NCBI GenBank assembly: GCA_951406725.2
Contig: OX597815.1
Span: 79,918,001 to 79,982,000, forward strand
Origin: Octopus vulgaris
Taxonomy: Eukaryota
DNA: 64,000 nucleotides
Direction: 5' to 3'
Shown: in pieces, positions 28,096 through 41,377 of the stretch
Numbering within the stretch: position 1 is the stretch's first letter
Layout: every line of letters starts with the position of its first letter
The notes under the pieces: model-generated
What the model was told of the DNA's origin: nothing
Seen by the model: only the letters and a program-made list of their open reading frames with translations
Databases searched by the model: none
Translations under genes and position numbers: made by a program

Positions 28096-28496
28096 TAACG
28101 GAATTTTTTAGAAATTTCTATCGGCATGTTTCGATACGCATAAATTATAATGGTTATTGAAAATTTTGTCTTTTTTTTCGGCATATTTGGCATTAGAATC
28201 TTTCTTTTGCCCTTATTTTATAAGTTATTTATAAATTTAATCTTTAAAGGCATTTTTTGATATGCTTGCCATTGATAATTTTTTTTTCGAAAAAAATTTT
28301 ATCCTTCATTAATTATAAATTTAATAGTGTTCACTTCCGGATTCTCTTACTCTGTGAAAGTTTCTAGATCGAATCATACATACATACATACATACATACA
28401 TACATACATACATACATACATACATACATACATACATGCATGCATACATACATACATACATGCATGCATACATACATACATACATACATACATACA

Positions 28497-28528
<32 letters not shown>

Positions 28529-28858
28529 CCACGACTGCCACTTCCGGCCGCTTACGGGTCTGTCAGTATGTATGTATACAATTATGTGCGTTGACTGCAG
28601 CATCAGAGCACTTTAGCTGTTATTTCTGGCATTGTAGGTGTTCTAACACCCTCTGTCATATTTAATGACAATTATTGTTTTCCTTTTTGTGATACATTGC
28701 TAAACAGCTACCTAATTTAATTATTTGTATACTCATTGGCGATTTGCTTAATCATCCATAGATTGCTATGGAGTAGACATATACTGGTGGCTGTTCTATC
28801 CGGAATCTGGCGAGTTGTGCTGCCCAAACTAAAGAGGCTTCGGTCTTAAAGCTGAAAC

Positions 28859-29303
28859 AGTTGACTGTATAGGGAAATAAGACAATGTAAAAAATGCTAA
28901 CATAATTTTATCATTAAATACATTTTTGTACCGGTTTCCGACTTTTAGACTTTTTCAAATAAGAGTAAAATAAGAAAAACAAATAAATTGGAGAAAAAAA
29001 ATTAAGTGAAATGTTTTGTAAATATTTCCATAGTCTTCAAATAGTCTGACTCTTCCTTTGTAAATGCTGGGTACCTACCAAACATTCGCAAAGAAGAGAG
29101 AGAGAAAGAGAGAAAGAGAGAGAGAGAGACTATTTGAAGACTATGGAAATATTTACAAAATATTGCACTAATTTTTTTCTCCAATTTAATTGTTTTTCTT
29201 AGTTGAAAAGTCTAAAAGACGGAAACCGGTACTATAATGTACTTCATAATAAAATTATTTTAGCATTTTCTACCTTGTCTTATTTTCCTTGTACATATCA
29301 ACT
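28859..29303. repeat. Imperfect ~180-bp inverted repeat with decayed HHR-like motifs
   Basis: 28859-29047 is the reverse complement of 29127-29303; gtc(taaaa)gac-ggaaa-ccggta near 29210-29231. Confidence 0.8.
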
Positions 29304-29363
29304 CGTATGTTACTTTTCTACCTTCTCTCTCACCCACTCTCTCTCTCTCTCTTTCTCACTCAC

Positions 29364-29441
<78 letters not shown>

Positions 29442-29553
29442 TCAGTTAAATAAAGTTAAATCATAATCTGGTTTTCACGTTTCTTATTATGGTATTGTAA
29501 CAAAATTAGCACTTTCCCACATAGTGTACTCATTAAGAGAAAATTAATAGATA

Positions 29554-29934
29554 TCTCTCTCTATATAAACGGCAGTTTGTCTGTGTGTGTTTCTGTGTGT
29601 CTGTTTGCTTGTACCCTCACCCTGACTACGGCTTTCAACCGATTCTTATGAAACTTGACACACACATAGCCCAATGTCATAATTCAAAAATAACGCAGTG
29701 AAAATTTTGAAGAGTTCCCCCAGTTCTGAAAAAAATCGATAAATTCGACTTGGGGTCGAGAATCAAAAACAAACCACAGACTGTCTAGGGGACGCAACTC
29801 CACCTTTTTAACTCTAAAAAAAATTTACCATAACTTTTTTCACATTTTTTTGCTATATTTTGGCTATAACTCTCTAAAAATGCTTTATAGTTATTTCCCT
29901 TACAAACCCGAGCAACGCCGGGCGATACTGCTAG
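29554..29934 (+). mobile_element. Non-autonomous Helitron
   Basis: A|TC start, subterminal hairpin cccgagcaacgccggg, CTAG|T end, no TSD. Confidence 0.85.
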
Positions 29935-30227
29935 TAATAAATATATTGATGGATTTAATACAAACTAAACTAACATTTACTTAGAAAAAATCAGTAGTAT
30001 TGTAAAATTAAAAATACAGCTCTATTTTAATTTCTAGCCCTCCCGATAATAATAATTCTTTCCACTCTAGGTTAAGACTTTGTGGGAATGGCTACTCAGT
30101 TACATAGACCCCAATATTCATCTGGTACTTATTTTATAGATCACGGAGACACAGAAAAAATATATATAATAATTGCAAGGGAAAGTGAACCTTCACAGAA
30201 TATAAACTCAGAACTTAAACCTGGAAG

Positions 30228-30421
30228 AAATACCTATTTCTTTACTGTCCATAAGGGGCTACACACAAAGGGGACAGACAAAGAGATTAAGTCGATTACA
30301 TCGATTCCACCCCGAAAGGATGAAAGGCAAAGTCGACCTCGGCGGAATATGAACTCAGAACGTAACTGCAGACAAAATACCGCTAAGCATTTCGCCCGGC
30401 GTGCTAACGTTTCTGCCAGCA
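30228..30421 (-). mobile_element. SINE family B
   Basis: Homologous to 7682-7921. Confidence 0.8.
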
Positions 30422-30431
30422 TGCAGCTTTC

Positions 30432-30517
<86 letters not shown>

Positions 30518-30903
30518 AATGATAATAATAATAACAATAATAATAATACGGTTGGCGGTGATAAAGAATTAGCGTTAGTCACTCTACAGGTTCACTTTGA
30601 ATGGAAATGTTTTGAATTTCAAGGGGAGTTTTAGATGAATGACGGCCAGAACGAACCCAATAAAGCAGGGACGATACGCGCCATAAAGACACACAAAACG
30701 CTGACAAGACCGTCAATGTATGCATTATATTTCGAACATACAACACATAATTATACACGCGAAGCAGGCAATTTTCCTTTATTTTCGTAAATACAATAGA
30801 CAACACATTCGTGATATATTAGTAATATTTACACACGCATACACCACTCACACATATATGCAAACATACAAGTTTAAACACACACACACACGACGCACGT
30901 AGC

Positions 30904-30945
<42 letters not shown>

Positions 30946-31138
30946 TTGTTTGTGTGTATCTGTACGCATATTTGATTGCATATGTTTTTGGGTGTATGAG
31001 TGTATATATATTTGTATATGTACATACTTGTATGTATATGCGTATGTATGTATGTATGTATGTATGTATGTATGTATGTATGTATGCATGCATGAATGCA
31101 TTTTTAAAACAACATCATTGATTACACTTCCTAATATA

Positions 31139-32020
31139 CGAGGTCTGATCCAATGAGTATCCGGATTGTTGCCATAGAAACGAAGCTAAAGCATGCAGAA
31201 TAAAGTCGCTTCGTAAAAATTGACCTTAAACACTTCTGTGCATGCGCACTAAGTTTTAACGTTCTAGCACACTTCGGCTGTTTACAGCAGTGCTTGGAAA
31301 GAACGTATGCAGCGTATGTTCATCGCATTGACAATGACAGAGAAAGCTCTCATGGCGATACCTACTCAGGGACCTACGCAGAATTGCAGAAAGTGTATGA
31401 GCCGCACGCTAGTGTACCAGTGGTTCATACGTTTCCAAGATGGCCGACAAAATGTCGATATCGACGAACGTTCTAGGAGATCCGCAACCAGCAGAACTGA
31501 GAAAAACATCGCAGACGTGCGTGTAGCTGTGAGAGAAAAATCATTGAATTACCATCCGTGAGTTATCCAAGGATGATCAGATTAATTACGGTTCAGTTCA
31601 GTCCATTATCACTGAAGATTTGAGTATGACACGCGTGTCTGCCAAGTTTAAGCCATAACTGCTTTCAGCTGACCAAAGAGATACTCGGATTTCAGTTGCA
31701 CAAGATCTTGATTGTATCGAGAACAATGAAGACTTTTTAAAAACTTTGCGTAGGCCCCTGAGCAGGTATCGCCAAGATTCTAGCAAAATTTGATGGAGAT
31801 TCTCTCTGCTCAACTTCCTCTCTCATGGTCAATGCGCCGATCACACGCTACACATGTGCCTGCCAAGCACTGCTATAAGCAACGGAAGTGAGCTAGAACG
31901 TTAAAACTTAGCGCGCATACACAGCAGAGGTCAAGGTCAATCTGTGTCAAGCGGTTTTACTCTGCGTGCTTTAGCTTCGTTACTATGGCAACAGTTCGGA
32001 TACTTATTGATCAGACCTCC
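31139..32020 (+). mobile_element. Mariner MITE, second complete copy
   Basis: TA|cgaggtctgatc...gatcagacctcc|TA; colinear with 1666-2556. Confidence 0.9.
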
Positions 32021-32151
32021 TACATTTCGATATGCATATATATATTTAATGAACTTATTTGATTTGATATATACAGTTGCACGTTTATAGTTATATGCGT
32101 GTATGTATCTATGTGTGTGCATATATATTTTTGTGTATACACACACACACG

Positions 32152-32210
<59 letters not shown>

Positions 32211-32570
32211 GTGTGTGAGAGTGAAAAAGGGAACGTGAGAACGAGAGTGAAATAAAGAGATATATAAACTGATGTAGTTGTTACTTCTACGTTAAAACTA
32301 ACTAAAAGTCAATCACTTTATCCCACTGGTATTCTCTCCCTCTTCCTCTCCCTCTACTTACATACATGCACCTACAGATCCTCCCACACCACACTCGCAT
32401 ACACACTCACAGAGGGAAACAGAAGCGAGGTTGCGCGCGTTGATTCAGCAAGCATCTGTGAGTGCATAAAATGATTCCAGTTGGTTTATTGCTAGATTTT
32501 GACACAACTACGTAACATCACTGTAACAACAGCAAACGATCAAAAAGAGGAAAATAGCAGCAACAACAGC

Positions 32571-33054
<484 letters not shown>

Positions 33055-33377
33055 ACAACGACGACAACAAAAACAACAGTTATAGTAATACTGGTTATAC
33101 TAAGATGGCCTTTCTTATTTTAACATGTGTATGTTGTGCCGCAAGGGCAGTAAATACGAATCAGGTTAACTATCACAAAAACACCTTGTATTGTTATTGT
33201 ATTACTCACACACACACACACACACCATATTTACTTTATTGTGTAGGTGAGAACAACAACAATATTTCGGCGATCTACTCCCCAGCCCGTCCGTCCGTCC
33301 TTCCTCCACTCAAACACACAATCGCCTCTAGCTGTCCAACTTTCCAGATGGTTTTTTTTGCTAGTTTCGCTCGTGTA

Positions 33378-33391
33378 GATCATCATCGTCG

Positions 33392-33426
<35 letters not shown>

Positions 33427-33444
33427 GTCGTCGTCGTCGTCGTC

Positions 33445-33526
<82 letters not shown>

Positions 33527-33630
33527 GCATCATCACCGTCGTCATCAATCATCATCGTCATAATCATCATCGTCATCATCGTCATCATCGTCGTCATCAT
33601 CATCATCATCGTCATCATCATCGGCGTCGT

Positions 33631-33661
<31 letters not shown>

Positions 33662-33720
33662 AGCATCATCGTCGCCGTCGTCGTCATCGTCATCGTCACC
33701 GTCACTGTCGTCGTCGTCGT
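33378..33720. repeat. (CAT/CGT)n microsatellite
   Basis: Visible; explains poly-H/D/M ORFs. Confidence 0.95.
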
Positions 33721-33941
33721 TGATGTTGTTGTTGGTGATAGTAGTAGTATTAGTAGTAGTTGTTGTTGCTGTAATAGTAGCTACAGCAGTAGTAATATTG
33801 TTATTCTGGATATAGTTGTTTTTTTTTTTTTTGTTTAAAGATAAACAACTACGATTGATAGTCATTGTGTATGTCGAGAGCAAATATGGAGGAAAAGTGA
33901 TCGTAATGCATACATACATACACACATACACACACACACAC

Positions 33942-33985
<44 letters not shown>

Positions 33986-33990
33986 ATACG

Positions 33991-34021
<31 letters not shown>

Positions 34022-34323
34022 ATCTATCTAGCTAGCTACACACACACACACAGATGTGTGACTATAAACACGTAGATACATGTATATATATGTATATATA
34101 TATATACCTGTATATACATACATGTAAATGTGTTTGTATGCGTGTATGTATGTGTATATGTGTGCATGTATCTGCGCGCACGTGTGTGTGCGTGTGTGCG
34201 TGTGTGCGTGTGTGTGTGTGTGTATGTATACTTAAAGAGGAACAGAGCGATAGAGAAAAACGGAAGTACGTTATTTTATTCTTTTACTTTTAGTTTGTAG
34301 TTTTGTATATTCGACAAACATGC

Positions 34324-34435
<112 letters not shown>

Positions 34436-34666
34436 GTCATTATATACATATATAAAATAATGGAATAAATAAATTAGTGAATAAATAACTAGATAAAAAT
34501 GTTGAATACTATAAAATAAAGCAGAATTAGATGTCACTTTTTTTTTGTTATAAAAAAACGAATAATACAATGGAACGTACAAAGCGAAAAATACAAATGA
34601 CTTGCGTTTATTTTTTGAATTAATCCCGAACAAGACCAAGGATGATGATAGTGGTGATGGTATTGG

Positions 34667-34707
<41 letters not shown>

Positions 34708-35055
34708 GTGATGGGGTCCTGGTTGGTACTGGTGCTGTTGATATGGAAGTCAGGGGTAGTAATAACATGTGGTAAGGCAAGAAAGATTCAACATGGACAG
34801 GAACGGGTCTTTACATCAATAACAGTGATCAAATTTAATTCATCATCATCATCATCGTCATCATCATCATAATCATCATCATCATCATCATCATCATCTT
34901 TCTCGTTGTCACTATGATCATCATCATTTTCTTCACCGTCATTCCCTTTCTGATCATCGCCTACAAGATTAGCAAAATATTTCTAAGAAGAACAAAATTT
35001 ACAAAAACCGGAAAATTGACAAACAACCACAACAACAATAACAACAACAACAATA

Positions 35056-35095
<40 letters not shown>

Positions 35096-35818
35096 GAATA
35101 TTTATAATATAAACGATAATAATAATCTTGAAAAACTAACAATGACAGCAACAACAATATCAGCGTGTAATTAATTTGACGGCGGTATCTACGGGTTGAA
35201 TACGGGAAATCTTTAAGGCGTACTGAACAACACTCATGAACAACACTTATGAATAATGGTACCTATGTAAATAAACATAGACATACAGACAGACATCAGA
35301 CAAACAGTGAACTATACGGACAGACACTGCAAAGTAAAGAAAAGGAGATATTGAGCGAGAGGGATACAAAAGCAAACATACATAATGATAAATAGTAAAT
35401 ATATAGTCAACTACACATATATATTACTAATACTAACATATACTCAAATGCATAGACATACACACTAATACTCACATGTGCGCACGCACAAGCACATACA
35501 CACACAAATTCACTCTGATAAGGTAGAGAAACTTTGAAAAACATACCTGTCAATGTCTTTCTAAAAGTGGCTTATGTATAGGTAAACATATACACATACG
35601 TCGAACATGTATACACATATCGTAAATCACACATATATATGGATATAAGAATCCATGCACATGCACTAATGGAACTTCCTTTATAGAAGTGCACGCCAAT
35701 TATCTTTACTCTGCCAAATCAACATAAGAATCATGTATTTATGATTGCCTGTCTACTTGTTAGTCGATTCAAGTAGAAAATGCGCCTGTTTGTTTCTGTC
35801 TCTGTCTGTCTGCCTGTC

Positions 35819-35895
<77 letters not shown>

Positions 35896-35989
35896 GTTCA
35901 AGTTGCATTTAACAGAAAGAGTTCAAAGACTTCATATGGTTTCCTTAAACAAGTACATAGATCTCAATCATCTTCTGTAACACCTTTGC

Positions 35990-37085
35990 GATTAAAAGAT
36001 GGACATACACTCTTTCAAGACTCAGTTGACATAAAAGAACAATGGAAAGAACACTTTCCGGATCTGTTTTTTAACAACTCTGGGGTTAACGTGGACATAT
36101 GCTATGCATTTTCACAATGAGACGAATTGGCGCGCATGAATTACATACCTAAATATGGAGAGATTCTGTTAGCGATAAATCACTTAAACTTAAGAAAGGC
36201 CCCAAACCTAGATGGTATACCCATAGAACTCTTGAAATCAGGAAGCTATACTGTGGCATCTGCAATGCATAGAATGATAGCTTCTTGCTGCGAATGAACT
36301 CCGAGTCAACAGGACTGGATTGATGATGCACTGGTATTCAATTATAAAAAGCAAAGAACCTAAATGTGTATAGTACAATTTATGTGATATCATTGTGTTA
36401 GAGTTTGTGAGCAAAGTCCTCTCGAGAGTAATGTTAAGCTGTCTGATGAATGACATGTGTCCTACAATTTTACCTGAAACCCAATCTGGCTTCTGAGTAG
36501 GTAGTGAGACAATGAAGATGATTTTCTCGCTAGGTGACTTCAGGAGCAGTGTTTTGAATGTTGACTACCAATTTGTTAGGCATCTATTGACCTTACTAAA
36601 TCCTTTGATAAAGTCAACAGAGAAACTATGTGGGTGACCCTTCACAAACCTGGCTGTTCGTCAACTTCTTGGTCATGTATAAATAACTATATCGCAATAT
36701 GAAAGCCAGGGCTGCATTTAATGGAGAGCTTTCAGAAGATATTGTCATAGAATTTGGAGTGAAACAAAATGACTTTCTAGATCCAATATTGTTTTCAGCA
36801 AGATTCGCTCACTGCAATCTCATGACTTTCAAAACAGTTATATAAATTTTAAAATAAGATTTCAGACTTTGGAACAGATTATCAGTTTACGACGTTTCAT
36901 TAGTTCTAACTAGAGAAAATTTTTATGCTGGCGATTCTGACATAGTGGCATATAGAGAAAAAAGTTATACATATCATAATGGACAGATATCTACTGCATA
37001 CGATACATTGCTCTAACTATAAATTTTAAGAGAGATCAATGATATTCACAGCAGCACCTGAATCCTATATGGAACCAAATATAAT
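35990..37085 (+). mobile_element. Decayed RTE-clade LINE RT fragment
   Basis: KEQWKEHF, ILPETQSGF, IDLTKSFDKVNRE, GVKQND..PILF, FYAGDSDIV in broken frames. Confidence 0.75.
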
Positions 37086-37385
37086 TTCGCCCGGCACGCT
37101 AACGTTTCTGCTAGCTCGCCGCTTTACTGAAGCAGAAATATCGTCATATTAAATATTCTGCGCAATACCACACATTTGCTTGTCAGTTGTTTGACCTTAA
37201 CCACTGGAGCATGTCTTACTGGCTGTCAATATGTGCATGTCTGACGATGAGCAGGTGTAGTGAGGGAGCATCACAGTCATGAGGTGAATGGGATTGAGGT
37301 TTGAATGAATGTAACAAAAACAAAGTTCATACGTTCGTACTTTCTAAGGGTAAGCAAATAAATAAGAATTGCTACCCAGTGTTAT

Positions 37386-37566
37386 GCTGGCAGAACCGTT
37401 AGCACGCCGGACAAGATGCCTAGTGTTTTTCCGTCCGTCTTTACGTTCTGAGTTCAAATTCCGCTGAGGTTGACTTTCCCTTTCATCCTTTCGGGGTCGA
37501 TAAATTGAGTACCAGTGAAACACTGGGGTCAATGTAATTTCAGGTCTTGCGCCTATATTAGAAAGG

Positions 37567-37570
<4 letters not shown>
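37386..37570 (+). mobile_element. SINE family B with long (ATT)n tail
   Basis: Homologous to the other family B copies. Confidence 0.8.
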
Positions 37571-37628
<58 letters not shown>

Positions 37629-37629
37629 G

Positions 37630-37662
<33 letters not shown>

Positions 37663-37664
37663 GC

Positions 37665-37745
<81 letters not shown>

Positions 37746-37749
<4 letters not shown>

Positions 37750-39053
37750 TAGTTTTATTTTTATAGCGTGCTTTCACTTCACTACCGAGCACAGCTCTGT
37801 GTGCCTTGGGTATGTGCTGTGATTTGTTGTGATGCTCTGATGGTTATTGTATGGAAAGTGTTCTGCGTAGGATGTGTGCAGTGCCTAGTAGTGCAATTTT
37901 CTGTATGTTATATGTGTTTGTAAGTCCTGGTGTTTTTGTTATGTATTTGTCTGAATATTTTTTTAACATGCCTAATGCACCTACTATGATAGGAATTGTT
38001 TCTGTTTTCAGATTCCACATTCTAGTTACCTCTATTTCCAGGTCTTTTGAGAGTTTCTCCATTTCTTTTAGAGACACGTTGTCATCAGCCGGTATTGATA
38101 CATCAATTAGAAAGCATTTTTTTCCTTCATGATCTCTGACAACTATATCTGGTCTGTTGGCCTTAATTTCTCTATCTGTGTATATCGGCATATCCCAGAG
38201 TATGGTTGCTTTCTCGTTTTCTGTGACCTTTTCTGGTGTGTGCCTATACCATCTTTTTTCTGTTGTTATTCCATAATGTTGGCATAGCTTCCAATGTATG
38301 TAGGTTCCAACTCTGTCATGTCTGTGAATATATTCCTTCTTAGCCAAGACTGGGCAGCTAGAGATAATATGATTTATTGTTTCTTGTCCATCTCCACATA
38401 TTCTGCAGTTACTTGTAATATTTCTTTTCATTACATGTTTTTGGTAATTTCTGGTGGGGAGGCTTTGGTCTTGTGCTGCAATTAAAAATCCCTCTGTTTC
38501 TGCTTTGAGTCCTGAGCTTCTCAACCATTGCTGGGATTTTTCTTTGTCTATTTCTTTTGCGTTTAGTTTAGTCCAGTATTTACCATGAAGGGGCTTTTCT
38601 TGCCATCGTTTTATCATGGTTCGTTGCTGTTCTATTTTTAGTTTGGATTTCATTTGTTTTATAGCTTTTATTGTTTCTTCATCTTCTTCTTCTTCTTCAT
38701 GTTTATTAGGTGGTATGATTTCTTGTTTGTATTTGTCAGCTTCCTTAAATACTGAGAACAGTTTTTTGTTTTGCTCGTGTTTTGCCGCTATCTGGATCAG
38801 TTTTCCTTCCTTCTGAAGTAGATATTTTTGGAGTCCTATGGTGGTTATTTTATAGTAGTTTTCCAGCTGTATAAGGCCTCTACCACCTTCTATACGTTGT
38901 ATATATAGTCTTTCTATGTCAGATTTTGGGTGATGCATCCTAGATCCTGTCATTATTTTTCTTGTTTTCCTATCTATTTTGGTCAGTTCATTTCGTGTCC
39001 AGTTAAGGATATTGTAGCTGTAACTTATAACTGGGACAGCTAAAGTGTTGATA
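37746..39053 (-). mobile_element. 5'-truncated Dong/R4-like RLE LINE inserted in (TAA)n
   Basis: Flanked by (ATT)n on both sides; short 3' UTR ends aataaaactactg-(aat)n. Confidence 0.92.
37844..39052 (-). pseudogene. C-terminal part of LINE ORF: RT thumb, CCHC zinc knuckle, restriction-like endonuclease
   Basis: Frame is open from INTLAVPVISYS through CRICGDGQETINHIISSC, RHD, RPDIVV..LIDV, IIVGALG to the stop; no RT core or native start. Confidence 0.9.
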
Positions 39054-39060
39054 TATTATA

Positions 39061-39146
<86 letters not shown>

Positions 39147-39170
39147 CATTATTATTATTATTATTATTAT

Positions 39171-39720
39171 GGAAGACTCGCGGATAGTTCTTAATTACCG
39201 GTTGTTCTTTACTTGAAAGCAGGTAATAACAAATCACCAAAGGTTTCAAGTAGTGCCTTCTCCTGTGACTCAAGGAGACAATACTCTTCTTAGAATGCGA
39301 GCTGTCTCCAACAATGTTGTTTTCTGGATCACTTCGAGCCTGACAGCAGCTCCAATATTCTTAATGTTTTTCAAATCCCTTGGAAACTGCTCCTAACGCT
39401 CCGATTACCACCGGTATCACCATTACTTTCCTCATGCCCCATAACTTTCCTATCTCGTCTCCCAGTGGCTGGTGGTATTCTCATTCTTTTCTGTTTCCTT
39501 ACATTTCACCCTCGAATCGCCAGGTGTTGTAACATGTATTATCTTTGCCTCTTTTTCATCTTCATCGATGATCACGATATCTGGCCGTCTTGCCTCTATT
39601 ACTTGGTCGCACTGTATGTTAAAATCCCAGAGTATTTTGTAAAGTTCGTTTTCCATTACACCCTCTGGTTTGTGTTCGTACCATTGTTCAGCTCTCCCAA
39701 GGTTTGCTTTACCGCACAAA
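39171..39720 (-). mobile_element. Second Dong/R4-like family, 3' fragment in (TAA)n
   Basis: WYEHKPEGVMENELYKILWDFNIQCDQVIEARRPDIVIID; flanked by (ATT)n. Confidence 0.85.
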
Positions 39721-39730
39721 TTATTATTAA

Positions 39731-39764
<34 letters not shown>

Positions 39765-39859
39765 TAATTCCTTCATTTATTTATTCTTTTTATCTGGTTT
39801 TTTTTTTTCGTAATTTCTGCAGTCTTGCATGCGTAGCGGGCATGCTACATGCAGCTTTT

Positions 39860-40310
39860 GGTACCATGCTATCTGTTCTTCAACTACCTAATATCTTCCT
39901 GATTATTCTGGCCGTGCCAAAGCGGCAAAATTATTGTTATTTTTTAAACAAAGCTCAGATTTTTTTCTTATTTCTGGTAGAATTTATGTGACTAGCGGGT
40001 TAGTACCTGTAACCTTAGGTATCCACACGTTTTCGGCAGTCTTTCAAGTGCCTAGAACCCTCCTGATAATCCCTGCCGTCCCTAAAGGGTAAACTTTCAA
40101 TAAGAGCTCTACCGGGTATTCTGTTCCAATCTCCTTCATATCTTGACTTATGACTCCCAACGCACCAATTATTATAGGCATAACCTTTACTGTTAGCATA
40201 CTCCGAATTTTCCTATTTCAAATTTTAGGGGGATTTGTATTTTCTTTGTTTCTCTCCCTCTTATTTTTTGCGATCGTGGAATCAAACGAGGCATGATGGG
40301 TCGATAAGTA
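39860..40310 (-). mobile_element. Third, older RLE LINE 3' fragment
   Basis: Minus remnants VKVMPIIIGALGVI and GTARIIRKIL. Confidence 0.6.
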
Positions 40311-40397
40311 AACAACTATCATCATCATCATCATCATCATCATCATCTTTATTATTATTATTATTGTTGTTGTTGTTAGTAGACAGGGTTATTATCC

Positions 40398-40461
<64 letters not shown>

Positions 40462-40463
40462 CA

Positions 40464-40650
40464 TGCCGGGCAAAATGCTTAGCGGTATTTCGTTTGTCTT
40501 TACGTACTGCGTTCAAATTCCGCCCAGGTCGACTTTGTCTTTCATCCTTTCGGGTGTCGATAAAATAAAGTAGCAGTTACGTACTGGGGTCGATCTAATT
40601 GACTGGCACCCTCCCCCAAAATTTCAGGCCTTGTGCCTAGAGTAGAAAGG

Positions 40651-40652
<2 letters not shown>
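40464..40652 (+). mobile_element. SINE family B (5' clipped) with ATT tail
   Basis: Homologous to 16052-16275. Confidence 0.8.
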
Positions 40653-40689
<37 letters not shown>

Positions 40690-41247
40690 GAGTGAGAGAG
40701 CAGTTCATGCCATCAAAGTGACACTGGGGTAAAATATACGAAGCCCAATATACCCATCATGGCTACCCGTCTGATAAGGGTACACCAGGCACATGCATCA
40801 CAACCATATGTGCGCGACATGGTGATCTCATATCAAGATAAACAGCACATGACCTTGCAGGTGGGGCCCAGTTAGAATTTTCTTCATGTTGAGTAGCCCA
40901 TCCAGCTCAAAAGGTCCCTGAATAAGGGTTGTTTAAGGATGTTGAAAGAACCACCCATGTTTCCAGAGGTGAATTATTCAAACCCCAAAGAATCCCTCTC
41001 AACACATGGCTATGATGCTCCCCCACTACTTCTGCTCGTGATCAGAGATGCACATATCGTCAGCCACTAAGGGACATGCTCAACTGGTTAAGGTCAAACA
41101 ACTGACAAGCAAATCTGTGGTATTGAGCAGAATATTTGCTGTAGCCCATCTTTTATACCAAGACAAAACAATGTACATGATAACACTTCCAATCAGTTAA
41201 GATCAGCAGCCATGAGAGCCACTGCCTGGTACTGCATCAGGGCATTT
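40690..41247. repeat. ~555-bp non-coding repeat in (ATT)n, second copy
   Basis: Colinear with 14781-15308. Confidence 0.85.
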
Positions 41248-41266
41248 ATTATTATTATTATTATTG

Positions 41267-41341
<75 letters not shown>

Positions 41342-41344
41342 TTT

Positions 41345-41377
<33 letters not shown>

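Larger units (their letters stand above)
27151..28376. repeat. ~460-nt unit in partial tandem on both strands, forming a long inverted repeat (Penelope-like/retrozyme-like)
   Basis: Unit restarts at 27151 and 27607 (ataactaatgtagg); 27771-28317 is the reverse complement of 27151-27681; each arm carries an HHR. Confidence 0.9.

Noticed and set aside
27151-28376. CRISPR-like array or MITE interpretation of the long repeat
   Set aside because: No repeat-spacer periodicity, and the ends are permuted unit boundaries rather than TIRs with a TSD.
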